Part shown: in pieces, positions 1 to 9,245 of the stretch
Position numbering within the stretch: position 1 is the first letter of the stretch
How the letters are laid out: every line of letters begins with the position of its first letter
NCBI GenBank assembly: GCA_030672385.1
Contig: DAOVGN010000066.1
Location: forward strand, 1-49,316
Length of the DNA: 49,316 nt
Source of the DNA: Deltaproteobacteria bacterium
GTDB lineage: Bacteria > Desulfobacterota > B13-G15 > RBG-16-54-18
Direction of reading: 5' to 3'
Made by a program: the position numbers and the translations under genes
Notes under the pieces: model-generated
Told to the model about the DNA's origin: nothing
Seen by the model: the letters and a program-made list of their open reading frames with translations, nothing else
Databases searched by the model: none

Positions 1-213
1 TTAGCCCAATATGCCTTTCTTGACCCTCATCGTGTCATCGCAGAAGATGTAACCCATAGCGGTGAGGAGGACCGTTTTTATTGTGTTGGCCGTGTGGGCG
101 ATGGGATCATGACCGTGCGATTCACCTATCGGGGCAATGTCATCCGCATTTTTGGTGCGGGGTATTGGAGGAAAGGGAGGAAAATCTATGAAGAACAAAA
201 TAAAATATACTGA
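1..213 (+). CDS. brnT: BrnT-family (DUF497) toxin, 5'-truncated by the window edge
   Basis: Frame 1 is open from nt 1 to TGA at 211-213. It has no Met, so it is absent from the ORF track. The translation ...DRFYCVGRVGDGIMTVRFTYRGNVIRIFGAGYWRKGGKIYEEQNKIY resembles the C-terminal signature of DUF497/BrnT toxins. It overlaps the following antitoxin gene by 26 nt. Confidence 0.7.
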   Translation, partial: LAQYAFLDPHRVIAEDVTHSGEEDRFYCVGRVGDGIMTVRFTYRGNVIRIFGAGYWRKGRKIYEEQNKIY

Positions 214-427
214 TGGGCCAATGGGGGAATTGAGGGTCGTGAAGGATTTTCTCCCCTCACCGGATCAATTGGTCCTGAAGGAAGAAAACGTTAAGATAAC
301 CATCTCTTTGAAAAAATCGAGTGTAGAGTTCTTTAAAAAAGAAGCAAAAAAGCATCATACCTCATATCAAAGGATGATTAGGCAGGTTATAGATTGGTAC
401 GCTTCGCAGTATCGAAAAAGTGCCTAA
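188..427 (+). CDS. brnA: BrnA-family antitoxin (small DNA-binding protein)
   Basis: ATG at 188 lies inside track ORF 137..427. The product MKNKIKYTDGPMGELRVVKDFLPSPDQLVLKEE...HTSYQRMIRQVIDWY is typical of BrnA antitoxins paired with BrnT. The overlap with brnT suggests translational coupling. Confidence 0.7.
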   Translation: MKNKIKYTDGPMGELRVVKDFLPSPDQLVLKEENVKITISLKKSSVEFFKKEAKKHHTSYQRMIRQVIDWYASQYRKSA

Positions 428-460
428 CCTATACCCCCACAGGTGCTGGGCTATTTTCCC

Positions 461-490
461 TTGACACCAATGCCCCTTTTCGTTTACAGT
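461..490 (+). promoter_or_regulatory. sigma70-like promoter for tRNA-Val
   Basis: TTGACA (461-466), an 18-nt spacer, then TACAGT (485-490), about 15 nt upstream of the mature tRNA 5' end. Confidence 0.45.
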
Positions 491-504
491 TTTGTAATAG
501 TCAT

Positions 505-579
505 GGGCGGTTAACTCAGCGGGAGAGTGCTACCTTCACACGGTAGAAGTCACTGGTTCAAATCCAGTACCGCCCACCA
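505..579 (+). tRNA. tRNA-Val (anticodon CAC), CCA encoded
   Basis: Folded by hand. Acceptor stem 505-511/569-575 (7 bp), D stem 514-517/525-528, anticodon stem 530-534/542-546. The anticodon loop is TTCACAC with CAC at 537-539. T stem 552-556/564-568 with TTCAAAT loop, discriminator A576, CCA at 577-579. Confidence 0.93.
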
Positions 580-629
580 CATTTGATCTTACCACGACCG
601 CAGGGAACGAGAGGAGATCGGTGGTTAGA

Positions 630-671
630 CCGCAGGGGAAGAAGAGGTCCATCCTCATCTCTGCGGTTTTT
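630..671 (+). terminator. putative intrinsic terminator after tRNA-Val
   Basis: CCGCAG (630-635) pairs with CTGCGG (661-666) and is followed by TTTTT (667-671). An inner GAGG/CCTC pairing is present. The loop is long, so confidence is moderate. Confidence 0.4.
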
Positions 672-697
672 ACTTTAGGTAGGTAGAGGAAACAGCC

Positions 698-1450
698 ATG
701 TCAGGTCACTCAAAATGGTCACAGATTAAGCGGAAAAAAGGTGCCCAGGACAGCAAGCGGGGGAAGGTCTTCACCAAGCTGATCAGGGAGCTTACGGTCG
801 CTGCCCGCATGGGTGGAGGCGACCCGGAGGGTAATCCCAGGCTGAGGGCGGCCATCGCTGCTGCCAAGGCTGATAACATGCCCAAGGATAACATCGAACG
901 GGCTATTAAAAAGGGCACGGGAGAACTGGGCGGGGAAACAATCTACGAGGAATTGGTATATGAGGGGTATGGCACTGGTGGGGTGGCGGTCCTCATCGAG
1001 GCGATGACGGACAACAAGAACAGGACCACTTCAGATATCAGGCATATCTTTTCCAGGAGTAACGGCAACTTGGGGGAGGCGGGGTGTGTCTCGTGGATGT
1101 TTCACAAAAAGGGATACATCGTGGTGAAAAAGGAGGATGCGGACGAAGACAAGTTGATGGAAGTAGTCCTCGAGGCAGGAGCGGAGGATATTCAGGAGGG
1201 TGAGAAAGAATACGAGGTGACCACTGATCCGCAGGCCTTTGAGGCCGTCAAGGAGGCCCTGGAGCAGGCAGGGATTGCCTACCAGCTCTCTGAGATCACC
1301 ATGCACCCCCAGACTACCGTGCAGCTAGACGGTAAACATGTCGAGCAGATGCTGCGCCTCATGGAACTGTTGGAGGACCATGACGATATCCAAAAGGTCT
1401 ATGCGAACTTCGACATCCCCGAGAGCGTGATGGAACAGTTGAGCAAATGA
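698..1450 (+). CDS. yebC: YebC/PmpR-family DNA-binding transcriptional regulator
   Basis: 250 aa. The N-terminus [28 protein letters not shown] is the family hallmark. It sits immediately upstream of ruvC, which is conserved synteny. Confidence 0.93.
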   Translation: MSGHSKWSQIKRKKGAQDSKRGKVFTKLIRELTVAARMGGGDPEGNPRLRAAIAAAKADNMPKDNIERAIKKGTGELGGETIYEELVYEGYGTGGVAVLIEAMTDNKNRTTSDIRHIFSRSNGNLGEAGCVSWMFHKKGYIVVKKEDADEDKLMEVVLEAGAEDIQEGEKEYEVTTDPQAFEAVKEALEQAGIAYQLSEITMHPQTTVQLDGKHVEQMLRLMELLEDHDDIQKVYANFDIPESVMEQLSK

Positions 1451-1959
1451 GGGTATTGGGGATAGACCCCGGTACACAGGTCATGGGATATGGGATAGTA
1501 GAAGAGGATAAGGGGGAATTGGGCCACATCGGCGATGGAATCATCTCCCCCCCTGGGGAACTACCGGAGAGACTGAAGGGACTTTACGATGGGTTGTTAG
1601 AAGTGATCCGCACCTACTCCCCTGAGGTGGTGGCCATGGAGAGCCCCTTTTTTTCAAAGAACGTGTTAAGCACCCTGAAATTGGGGCAGGTACAGGGGGT
1701 CATCTTCTTGGCAGCAACCCATTCGTCTCTCGCTTCCTTTTCCTACACGCCTATGGAGGTCAAGTCCGCTGTCGTCGGCTACGGGAGGGCCGCCAAGGGC
1801 CAGGTGAGGGAGATGGTAAAGCGCCTCCTGGGGCTTGATCAGCCCCTTTCCCTGGACGCCTCCGATGCCCTGGCCGTGGCCATTTGCCACATCCACACCG
1901 CTGAGCTCAAGCAGCGGTACCAGAACGAAATACTCCCGCACCAAGCCCCTAGAAGATGA
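1447..1959 (+). CDS. ruvC: crossover junction endodeoxyribonuclease RuvC
   Basis: 170 aa. [10 protein letters not shown]...GYG is the N-terminal catalytic Asp motif. 4-nt overlap with yebC and with ruvA. Confidence 0.92.
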   Translation: MRVLGIDPGTQVMGYGIVEEDKGELGHIGDGIISPPGELPERLKGLYDGLLEVIRTYSPEVVAMESPFFSKNVLSTLKLGQVQGVIFLAATHSSLASFSYTPMEVKSAVVGYGRAAKGQVREMVKRLLGLDQPLSLDASDALAVAICHIHTAELKQRYQNEILPHQAPRR

Positions 1960-2549
1960 TATCTCAGATCCGCGGCCGATTGGCCCACAAATCTCCCGAG
2001 GCGATCATCATCGACGTCAATGGGGTAGGATATGGCGTCAAGGTCCCCCTTTCCACCTTCTATGAACTTCCCGGAATAGGGGAGGAGGTCCTCTTGCAGG
2101 TCCACACCTACGTCCGAGAAGATATCCTTCATCTGTACGGCTTTTTAACCCCAAAGGAAAAGGAGCTCTTTTGTCTATTGATCGGGGTGTCGGGGGTGGG
2201 ACCGAGGCTGGCCATCAACGTACTGTCCGGCATTTCGGCCAATGACCTGGAGAGGGCCCTGAGAGATGAAGACCTGCTCAGTTTGACCCGCATCCCCGGC
2301 GTGGGGAGGAAGACCGCGGAGAGGATGTTGGTGGAGTTAAAGGACAAGGTGCTGGCACCCGACGAGGCAGTAGTCGGTGGCCTTCAAGGCAAGGAGGGGC
2401 TGGTCAAGGACGCCCTTTCCGCCCTGGTCAACCTGGGATATACGAAGGGCCTGGCTGAGGGGGCTGTACGGGGAGTGCTGCGGGAAAAGGGGGATGATCT
2501 CTCTTTAGAGGAGCTCCTGAAGGAGTCCTTGCGGCTCCTGGCCAGGTAG
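1956..2549 (+). CDS. ruvA: Holliday junction branch migration protein RuvA
   Basis: 197 aa. MISQIRGRL...VIIDVNGVGYGV and the helix-hairpin-helix segment LIGVSGVGPRLA...LTRIPGVGRKTAERM. Confidence 0.92.
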   Translation: MISQIRGRLAHKSPEAIIIDVNGVGYGVKVPLSTFYELPGIGEEVLLQVHTYVREDILHLYGFLTPKEKELFCLLIGVSGVGPRLAINVLSGISANDLERALRDEDLLSLTRIPGVGRKTAERMLVELKDKVLAPDEAVVGGLQGKEGLVKDALSALVNLGYTKGLAEGAVRGVLREKGDDLSLEELLKESLRLLAR

Positions 2550-2558
2550 TGAGGGATA

Positions 2559-3572
2559 GTGGTGAAGGATAAACCTGTTGTCTCAGAAGAGGAAATCCGC
2601 TTTGAGCAGGGGATACGCCCCCTATCTTTCGCGGAATACGTGGGCCAGGAACGGGTTAAAGAGAATCTGAGGGTCTTTGTCGATGCCGCAAGCGAGCGGG
2701 GGGAGGCCCTCGACCATGTCCTCTTTCACGGCCCCCCCGGTCTGGGCAAGACCACCTTGGCCCACATCATCGCCCACGAGCTAGGCGTGGGAATCAAGGC
2801 CACCTCCGGCCCGGCCATAGAGCGACCGGGGGATCTGGCGGCCATCCTCACCAATCTGCAGGAGAGGGATGTCTTCTTCATAGATGAGATCCATCGACTC
2901 AACCGAGTGGTGGAGGAGGCCCTCTATCCGGTGATGGAGGACTTCAAGTTTGACATCGTTATAGGCCAGGGGCCCAGTGCCCGGGCCATTAAGCTGGATA
3001 TCCCCCCCTTTACCCTGGTGGGGGCCACCACCAGGGCCGGGCTTCTCACATCTCCCCTGCGGGACAGGTTTGGGGTGGCCTTCAGGATCGACTATTATTC
3101 GCCGGAGGAGTTGGCAATCATTGTCAAACGATCAGCGCACATCCTGAAGGTAAGCATAGATGAGGAGGGAGCTTGGGAGATCGCCTCCCGCTCACGGGGT
3201 ACCCCCAGGGTAACCATTCGTTTTTTGCGCAGGGTGCGGGACTACGCCCAGGTCAAGGAGGACGGCTCTATCACCAAAGAAGTGGCACAAAGGGCCCTCG
3301 CCCTGATGGAGATCGACCATCTGGGCCTGGATAACATGGACCGCAAGATCCTGCGAACCATCATTGAGAAGTTCAGCGGGGGTCCGGTGGGTGTAGATAC
3401 CCTCTCCACAGCCATCAGCGAGGAGAAGGACACTATCGAAGATGTATATGAGCCCTTTCTCATCCAGAAGGGGTATATCAATCGTACCTCCCGCGGGAGG
3501 GTGGCCACTAAACTCGCCTATGAATACCTGGGGTTGCAACCACAGGGTGTCATCCAAGAGGAACTCTTTTAA
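2559..3572 (+). CDS. ruvB: Holliday junction DNA helicase RuvB
   Basis: 337 aa. Walker [12 protein letters not shown], Walker B FIDEIHRL, and a RuvB C-terminal winged-helix region. GTG start. Confidence 0.93.
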   Translation: MVKDKPVVSEEEIRFEQGIRPLSFAEYVGQERVKENLRVFVDAASERGEALDHVLFHGPPGLGKTTLAHIIAHELGVGIKATSGPAIERPGDLAAILTNLQERDVFFIDEIHRLNRVVEEALYPVMEDFKFDIVIGQGPSARAIKLDIPPFTLVGATTRAGLLTSPLRDRFGVAFRIDYYSPEELAIIVKRSAHILKVSIDEEGAWEIASRSRGTPRVTIRFLRRVRDYAQVKEDGSITKEVAQRALALMEIDHLGLDNMDRKILRTIIEKFSGGPVGVDTLSTAISEEKDTIEDVYEPFLIQKGYINRTSRGRVATKLAYEYLGLQPQGVIQEELF

Positions 3573-3646
3573 TGACCGAATCCTTACCCCTTTGATTCCG
3601 CTTTTTTGGCCCCTTTCCCCATTTGGGGTACAACAAAGAGAAGAAG

Positions 3647-4246
3647 ATGTCCGAAGTCCCCTCGATATATATATCGGCCCTCCTGCTTGCAGCGGGTAAG
3701 GGGGAGAGGATAAGGGGGGTTAAACAGCTCCTCCCCCTGGGGGAGAAGCGTATGGTGGAGGTATCGCTGGATAACCTCCAGGCCTCCAAGGTCGACAAGA
3801 TCGTAGTAGTCCTCGGTTTTGCGGCCAAACAGATCCTTCCCTTGCTGGAAGGGAATGAACGGGTCAAGGTAGTGATAAACCCCTCCTTTCGGGAGGGGAT
3901 GAGTACCTCCATCCACCAGGGGCTGAGGGCCATAGACCCCCAAACCAAGGGGGTCCTCATTGCCCTGGCCGACCAGCCCTTCATCCCCCCGCAGGTGATA
4001 GACCTCCTCATCGAGAGGTTTACCGAGGGCGACAAAGGGATTGTGCTGCCGGTCTATCAGGGCAGGAGGGGACACCCGGTGATCCTGGACAGGGAAAAGT
4101 ATAAGGGAGAGCTCTTTGAGCTGCGGGGTGATGTGGGAGGGAGGGAGATAGTGAGATGCCATCCGGAGGACGTCCTGGAGGTGGAGGTATCCTCCTCCGG
4201 GGTGGTGTTGGACATCGATAACTGGGATGATTACAAGAGGATCTAG
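3647..4246 (+). CDS. MobA-like NTP transferase (MocA/molybdenum-cofactor cytidylyltransferase family)
   Basis: ISALLLAAGKGERI...KQLLPL, LADQPFI and GHPVIL motifs. The track ORF starts at TTG 3623; ATG 3647 is preferred. Confidence 0.75.
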   Translation: MSEVPSIYISALLLAAGKGERIRGVKQLLPLGEKRMVEVSLDNLQASKVDKIVVVLGFAAKQILPLLEGNERVKVVINPSFREGMSTSIHQGLRAIDPQTKGVLIALADQPFIPPQVIDLLIERFTEGDKGIVLPVYQGRRGHPVILDREKYKGELFELRGDVGGREIVRCHPEDVLEVEVSSSGVVLDIDNWDDYKRI

Positions 4247-4258
4247 GAGGAGTGAGGA

Positions 4259-5065
4259 ATGAAGAGGGTGGATCTCATCGCCATCGGGAGGGAGATCTTA
4301 CGGGGACAGACATTGGATACCAACTCACACTGGTTGACCAAGAGAATAACGGCCATGGGGGGGGAGGTAGAACGGATGGTGGTTCTCGACGATGACGTGC
4401 AGGCCATCGCCAGAGAGATAGGGGTTTCCTTTCGGGACGGTGCAAAGGTGATCATCACCACCGGAGGTCTAGGGCCTACCTTCGACGACAAGACCCTGGC
4501 TGGTATCGCCGAGGCGACAGGGTGTCCCCTGTCCCTGCATCCCGGGGCCCTGGAGTTTGTGACCCGCCGGTATCGGGAGTTTTTCGAGCAGGGATTTGTG
4601 GAAAGCCCGGAGATCACCCCCGCCCGTGAAAAGATGGCGCACCTGCCTCAAGGAGTTGAGCCCATGGACAACCCTGTGGGGGCGGCCCCTGCCGTCTTTC
4701 TGAAGACTCCGCGTGGGGTGATCTTCGCCCTGCCCGGCGTACCTAAGGAGATGAAGGCGATCTTTGAGGCAGAAGCCTTTCCCCACCTCAAGGATATACT
4801 GGGTGCCGAAGTCTATCTGGAAGAGGTGGTGAAGACTGGGATGGGGGATGAATCGGTCCTCGGGGAGCTCATCGAGAGGGTCATGAAGCGAGTCCCCGGG
4901 GTCTATCTCAAGTCAAAACCCACCCACTTCGGAAAGGACGTGGAGTTAGAGGTGATCATTACGGCCGCCAGCTCCAGCGAGGAGGAGGTCCACAGGAGGG
5001 TAAAGGAAGCCGAAGGGCTTCTCCTTGACCTCGTCAAAGCCCACCCCACTCGTACTGGAGGATAG
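4259..5065 (+). CDS. CinA-like molybdopterin-binding (MoCF biosynthesis) domain protein
   Basis: 268 aa. IAIGREILRGQTLDTNSHWL and TTGGLGPTFDDKT motifs of the MoaB/MogA/CinA N-terminal fold. Confidence 0.75.
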   Translation: MKRVDLIAIGREILRGQTLDTNSHWLTKRITAMGGEVERMVVLDDDVQAIAREIGVSFRDGAKVIITTGGLGPTFDDKTLAGIAEATGCPLSLHPGALEFVTRRYREFFEQGFVESPEITPAREKMAHLPQGVEPMDNPVGAAPAVFLKTPRGVIFALPGVPKEMKAIFEAEAFPHLKDILGAEVYLEEVVKTGMGDESVLGELIERVMKRVPGVYLKSKPTHFGKDVELEVIITAASSSEEEVHRRVKEAEGLLLDLVKAHPTRTGG

Positions 5066-5073
5066 CGCAGGCG

Positions 5074-5607
5074 TCAGTGGCGCCAATAGGGATCATACCA
5101 GGGATGCCACCACGAATACCATCCCCAGGGGTCCCAAAGCCCCCATGGGTATGGTTCATACGGACGAGGCTCTTCTTTCTCCCACAGATGAATATCTTTG
5201 ATTAAGAGATATGGATAGCGATACTCTATCTCCCCCAGCGGCAGGACCTTCTCCCCCTGCACTGTTCCGGCGATGGTCACTTTTCTCCCCTTTCGGTAGA
5301 TCTCGCTGTCGAGAAGACCCTGATAGAGGGCCAAAAAGCGTCCCTCGGAGCTATCAATCTGGATCGGCATGCCCTCTTGGTCCAGTTGGGTCTGATACAC
5401 CTCCAAGAGGGTCCCCTCCTTTTTATTCAACGTCTTGACGATAACCCCTCCCAGCAGGACCACCTTATCCTTATACGCGTTGGGGTCTTTGACCAGTTCC
5501 GAAAAGATGATCTCCTTATCCACCTCTTTCAGGACGTCTCTGGAGATGGCGTGGACGCAGCCGGATAAAAAGACAAGGGCCATCACGATCGATAAAAGCC
5601 TCCGCAT
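5074..5607 (-). CDS. Slp-family outer-membrane lipoprotein with Trp/Pro/Tyr-rich C-terminal tail
   Basis: Start at ATG 5607, preceded by GGAG. Signal peptide plus lipobox MRRLLSIVMALVFLSGC. Paralogous to the upstream gene (shared motifs below). The tail is PYPWGLWDPWGWYSWWHPWYDPYWRH. Confidence 0.75.
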   Translation of the reverse strand: MRRLLSIVMALVFLSGCVHAISRDVLKEVDKEIIFSELVKDPNAYKDKVVLLGGVIVKTLNKKEGTLLEVYQTQLDQEGMPIQIDSSEGRFLALYQGLLDSEIYRKGRKVTIAGTVQGEKVLPLGEIEYRYPYLLIKDIHLWEKEEPRPYEPYPWGLWDPWGWYSWWHPWYDPYWRH

Positions 5608-5626
5608 CGCTCTCCTCTCGAAGCTT

Positions 5627-6142
5627 CTAAAAACCCACACCGACCCCAAAACCGAAGTGCACCCGGGGTTCTGCAGAAGAGGCCTCCTCTTCTGGCCAGA
5701 GATAAAGCTCCCTCTTCTCGATAATGGGATAGGTATACTCTATCTCCCCTAGCGGACGCACCTCTTTCCCCACCACCACACCCGCTACGGTGACCTTCCT
5801 GCCGTGGCTGTAGATGGCCGGATCGAGGAAACCGGGGGCTGAGAGGATAAACCTCCCCTCTGATATGTCCTTCGCGGCTGGTTTACCCCGAAAGCCGAGA
5901 GGTCGTTGGAGGACGACGACCACGGTTTTATCCGGGAGGTTTTGGGTCTCAATGATGTCCCCTCCCAAAAGCAAGGTCCTCCCCTTATAGGCCTCCGGTT
6001 CTTCCAATAATTGTTCAAAGCTGACATTCTGATCAACTTCCCTCAGCACCTCCCTAGAGATCACCGATGCACAACCAGCCAGCAAAAGGATAGTCAGTAC
6101 GGCAATAAATAAAGGGGAAAAACCACTCCTTACCACACTCAT
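5627..6142 (-). CDS. Slp-family outer-membrane lipoprotein (paralog)
   Basis: 171 aa. Lipobox LLLAGC. Shares the motifs ISREVL.EVD, LLGG.I and PLGEIEY.YP with the downstream paralog. ATGA overlap with the GAF gene. Confidence 0.75.
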   Translation of the reverse strand: MSVVRSGFSPLFIAVLTILLLAGCASVISREVLREVDQNVSFEQLLEEPEAYKGRTLLLGGDIIETQNLPDKTVVVVLQRPLGFRGKPAAKDISEGRFILSAPGFLDPAIYSHGRKVTVAGVVVGKEVRPLGEIEYTYPIIEKRELYLWPEEEASSAEPRVHFGFGVGVGF

Positions 6143-6915
6143 CTCCCCACCTCCTCACCTCGTTTTGCCTTCTCCTCTTCCTTACTCCACATATCCTCCA
6201 GGGCCTGCAGACCCACCTCCATCTCCCCTATCTCCTTGAAGATGACCTCGGCATACCCCCTTACGCCCCCGTCGTGGGCCTTCTTATGCAATCTGCGGGC
6301 GAAACCACCGATGATCATAAACCTGTTGCGCAGAAAATGGGCTATGGACTTGATCAACTCCTCCCGATTTTCGTGCAAACGGATGATCTCTTTTACCAGT
6401 TCCGCCTTCCCCACCGCCTCCCCTATCAGACCGGCCATAATCAGGAGGTACTCAAATTCTTCCTCAGATATAGGAGTTTGCTCCCTGCCCGAATCGACCA
6501 CCAGCACCCCAAACTTCTCCTCCTGCTGCGTCCTGGCGTCCAAATATCTCAGGGGCACCACCGCCTTGATCTTCACATGATCCTTCAGGGTATGTTCATA
6601 GCCGTTGGTCTGGGAAGGATCTGTAAGGTTCAGGGGCCTCCCCTCCTCAAACACCTTCCACAAAATGCTCCTCTTCACGATCTCCTTGGAGGTTTGAAAA
6701 TCCTCTTCATAGTCCCCCATCCAATACCTGATCACCAATCTCCCGTCCTCTAAGACAGCGTACCTGGCCCTCTTTCCCAACCTCTTATGTATGTGCTCCA
6801 GGGCCCTTCTGATGATTACATCCTTGTCCAGGGACGAACCCAGAAGACGTGCGATATCGATCAGATCTCCACAACGCCTCTCTAATTCCTCCAATTCGGC
6901 ACTTTTAGAAATCAC
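6139..6915 (-). CDS. GAF domain protein with a HisKA-like (DHp) helix but no ATPase domain
   Basis: 258 aa. GAF-like N-terminal region. The C-terminal H-box-like segment is SIAHFLRNRFMIIGGFARRL. No N/G1/G2 boxes follow it. Confidence 0.6.
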   Translation of the reverse strand: MISKSAELEELERRCGDLIDIARLLGSSLDKDVIIRRALEHIHKRLGKRARYAVLEDGRLVIRYWMGDYEEDFQTSKEIVKRSILWKVFEEGRPLNLTDPSQTNGYEHTLKDHVKIKAVVPLRYLDARTQQEEKFGVLVVDSGREQTPISEEEFEYLLIMAGLIGEAVGKAELVKEIIRLHENREELIKSIAHFLRNRFMIIGGFARRLHKKAHDGGVRGYAEVIFKEIGEMEVGLQALEDMWSKEEEKAKRGEEVGR

Positions 6916-6965
6916 CTCTTCTCCTCAACCATCCTGTGTCTTTCATTATAGCACCCTTGTCATCA

Positions 6966-9245
6966 TCAATCTACCCTCACCCTCTCTCTTCCCCATAGGA
7001 TATTCATCCCCAAAACCAAGATGGCGGAGAGGTTCAAGGCGATGATCAGGTAGATCCCCTTTTCTATCCCCAAAATGGGCAATAAAATGACGCTGATGAC
7101 CAGGGCTCCGGCAGCGGAGCCCAGGAGATCGACACCGTTGATCAGGCCCCCTATCCTTCCGATCTCCTCCCTCTCCCCCAGGTAGATCTTGTTTGCCAGC
7201 GGAAAATGGACCCCCCCGAGAAATCCAGCTACTAGTGTCAGGAAGGGAAAGATCAGCTCCATCAGGCGAGAGAAGGATGTTGGGAAGACCCCCTGGTGGA
7301 GACCCAGGATGAACAGAAGTACGCCGAGGGCGTAAAGGGGAACCCCAGCCTGGACCATGAGCAGAAAGCGCAGGGGCCTTCTGATATCTCTCAAAAGAGC
7401 AGTGATCATCCACCCCCCCAGGGCGAGCCCAATCATGTAGGCGGTGATGATCACCCCAATTTTATAATAGAGATAGCCGTAGATGATCTGAAAGGCAAGG
7501 ATGAGGATGACCTCTAAGGCGATCTCCGAAAACCCCGTGACAGAGACAGCCCATAACAGGGGGGCAGAGGAGGACCTCCTTCCTCTCCATAAAAGGACGA
7601 GTGTGATGATGGCGAGCAGACACAATACCCACTCTATCCTCAGGCCCAACATCCGCACAAACCACTTCTTTAACAAAGGGGTATATTGGGCACTCCAGAG
7701 GACGATGTCGTAAAAATAACAGATGGGATGCAGATCCTTATTTATTCCCGCACCTTTCCCCCGCTCCAAGATGGATCGGAGATAGTGGACCCTCTCAGGG
7801 GAAAGGTTGAAGAGGATGTAATATTCGCGGACATATTTGAGTTGTAAGCCCCTGAGGCGTGCCCGTTGGACCAGGGTCCCCGGATCTGAAATCAGGATCC
7901 CCTCTGATCCCGTCCCCAAAAACCTGGCCACAGGACCTGGTAGGACCACAACCTCGGGGAAGACCTCCTTCATGGTCCAATAGATTGAACTCAAGAACTG
8001 GGCCAAGGTATGGCCTATGACGTTCTCCGAGGAACTGACGGAGAGGTAAAATATCCCTCCCTTATGGAGGATTTCTTTCACCTCGGCGAAAAACTCCTGC
8101 GTGTAGCAGCGGTTGAGCTGGGCAGTGGTTGGATCGGGCAGATGTAAGATGATCACGTCGTACCCCCTCTCCCCTCTCTGGATAAACCTCCGCCCATCGG
8201 TGTAAATGATCTGTATTCGAGGATCATCCAGGGGCGAGGTGGCCTCGGGGGGGAGATATACCCTCCCCGTCTTGATCAGCTGCGGGTCCAATTCCACGTA
8301 ATCCAAGTGGCGGATAGAGGGGTGCTTTAAGCACTCTCCCACCAGATCGCTGACCCCTCCTCCGACCAATAAAACCTCCCTCGGTCCTGCATGTTCCAAG
8401 AGGGCGAAGTGGACCGCCTCTTCGGCCGTCAGGAGATCGGGGTAGGTAAAGTTCCATACCCCGTTCTCAAAGAAGCTCACCTGGGGGCCATCGGTGATCA
8501 CGGTGATATTGCCATAGATGGTGTCCTCGCTGGCGATCACCTTATACCCCCTCCACCCCCACCCCTTGGAGATGAGGTCGAGCTCTCCCCCGTAAAAAAT
8601 CAGGGTACCAAGGAGGAGACATATCCACAGGATGGCCATGGGCCTCAGTGTCCGACCGAGGAGGAAGGAGGAGAGGGCCAAGAGGGCAGCGGTAAGCAGG
8701 CAAACCTGCCAGGGATTTAAAAAATGGATGAGGAGATAGCTAAATGCTAGCCCTCCTATCCCAGCCCCCAAGGCCTCGTAGACATAGACCACCCCTACTG
8801 ACCTTGCCTCTTTTCCGAGGATCTCCCCGAGGAGGCTGCACCCCAGTGCAAAGAGAAAACCAGAGAAGAGACAAAAGGGGATGAGGAGGAAAAAGATGCC
8901 CATAACCATCTGCGGCAAGGAGGCGATTTCTCCCACAGGTATCCCCAACAGGGGGCGCAGATAACGGGCCAGCAAAAGACTGGCAGGAAGTAGGATGGCG
9001 AGGATCAACTGGACCATGGCAAAGAAGGAGAATTTCCCCTTGATGCGATCAGAAAACACACCCAAGGCGGCACTCCCCAATGCCGTCCAGAGGAGCCAGG
9101 CCGACAACATCACCCCTGTCGAGAGCTCATTGCCGGAGAAGACCACCATGAGCTCACGGAGCAGGATGATCTGTGCCAGGAGGGCCCCCAACCCCGTAAG
9201 GACGAAGGCAAATACTGCCCTTTCTTTCTCCCTCCCCTCAGCCAC
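6966..9245 (-). CDS. fused polytopic membrane domain / spermidine synthase-like aminopropyltransferase
   Basis: 759 aa with hydrophobic N- and C-terminal multi-TM regions. The central class I methyltransferase-fold motif is VLLVGGGVSDL...LDYVELDP...YDVIILHLPDP, typical of spermidine-synthase-like proteins. Confidence 0.8.
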   Translation of the reverse strand: MAEGREKERAVFAFVLTGLGALLAQIILLRELMVVFSGNELSTGVMLSAWLLWTALGSAALGVFSDRIKGKFSFFAMVQLILAILLPASLLLARYLRPLLGIPVGEIASLPQMVMGIFFLLIPFCLFSGFLFALGCSLLGEILGKEARSVGVVYVYEALGAGIGGLAFSYLLIHFLNPWQVCLLTAALLALSSFLLGRTLRPMAILWICLLLGTLIFYGGELDLISKGWGWRGYKVIASEDTIYGNITVITDGPQVSFFENGVWNFTYPDLLTAEEAVHFALLEHAGPREVLLVGGGVSDLVGECLKHPSIRHLDYVELDPQLIKTGRVYLPPEATSPLDDPRIQIIYTDGRRFIQRGERGYDVIILHLPDPTTAQLNRCYTQEFFAEVKEILHKGGIFYLSVSSSENVIGHTLAQFLSSIYWTMKEVFPEVVVLPGPVARFLGTGSEGILISDPGTLVQRARLRGLQLKYVREYYILFNLSPERVHYLRSILERGKGAGINKDLHPICYFYDIVLWSAQYTPLLKKWFVRMLGLRIEWVLCLLAIITLVLLWRGRRSSSAPLLWAVSVTGFSEIALEVILILAFQIIYGYLYYKIGVIITAYMIGLALGGWMITALLRDIRRPLRFLLMVQAGVPLYALGVLLFILGLHQGVFPTSFSRLMELIFPFLTLVAGFLGGVHFPLANKIYLGEREEIGRIGGLINGVDLLGSAAGALVISVILLPILGIEKGIYLIIALNLSAILVLGMNILWGRERVRVD

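Noticed and set aside
596-637. 10-nt direct repeat GACCGCAGGG (596-605 and 628-637) after tRNA-Val
   Set aside because: It most simply provides alternative 5' arms for the same terminator hairpin (CTGCGG at 661-666). There is no evidence it is an att site, because it does not repeat the tRNA 3' end.
3550-4162. Two overlapping minus-strand ORFs (161 and 192 aa)
   Set aside because: They are antisense to the MobA-like NTP transferase gene. Their composition is typical of a GC-rich antisense frame and they have no motifs.
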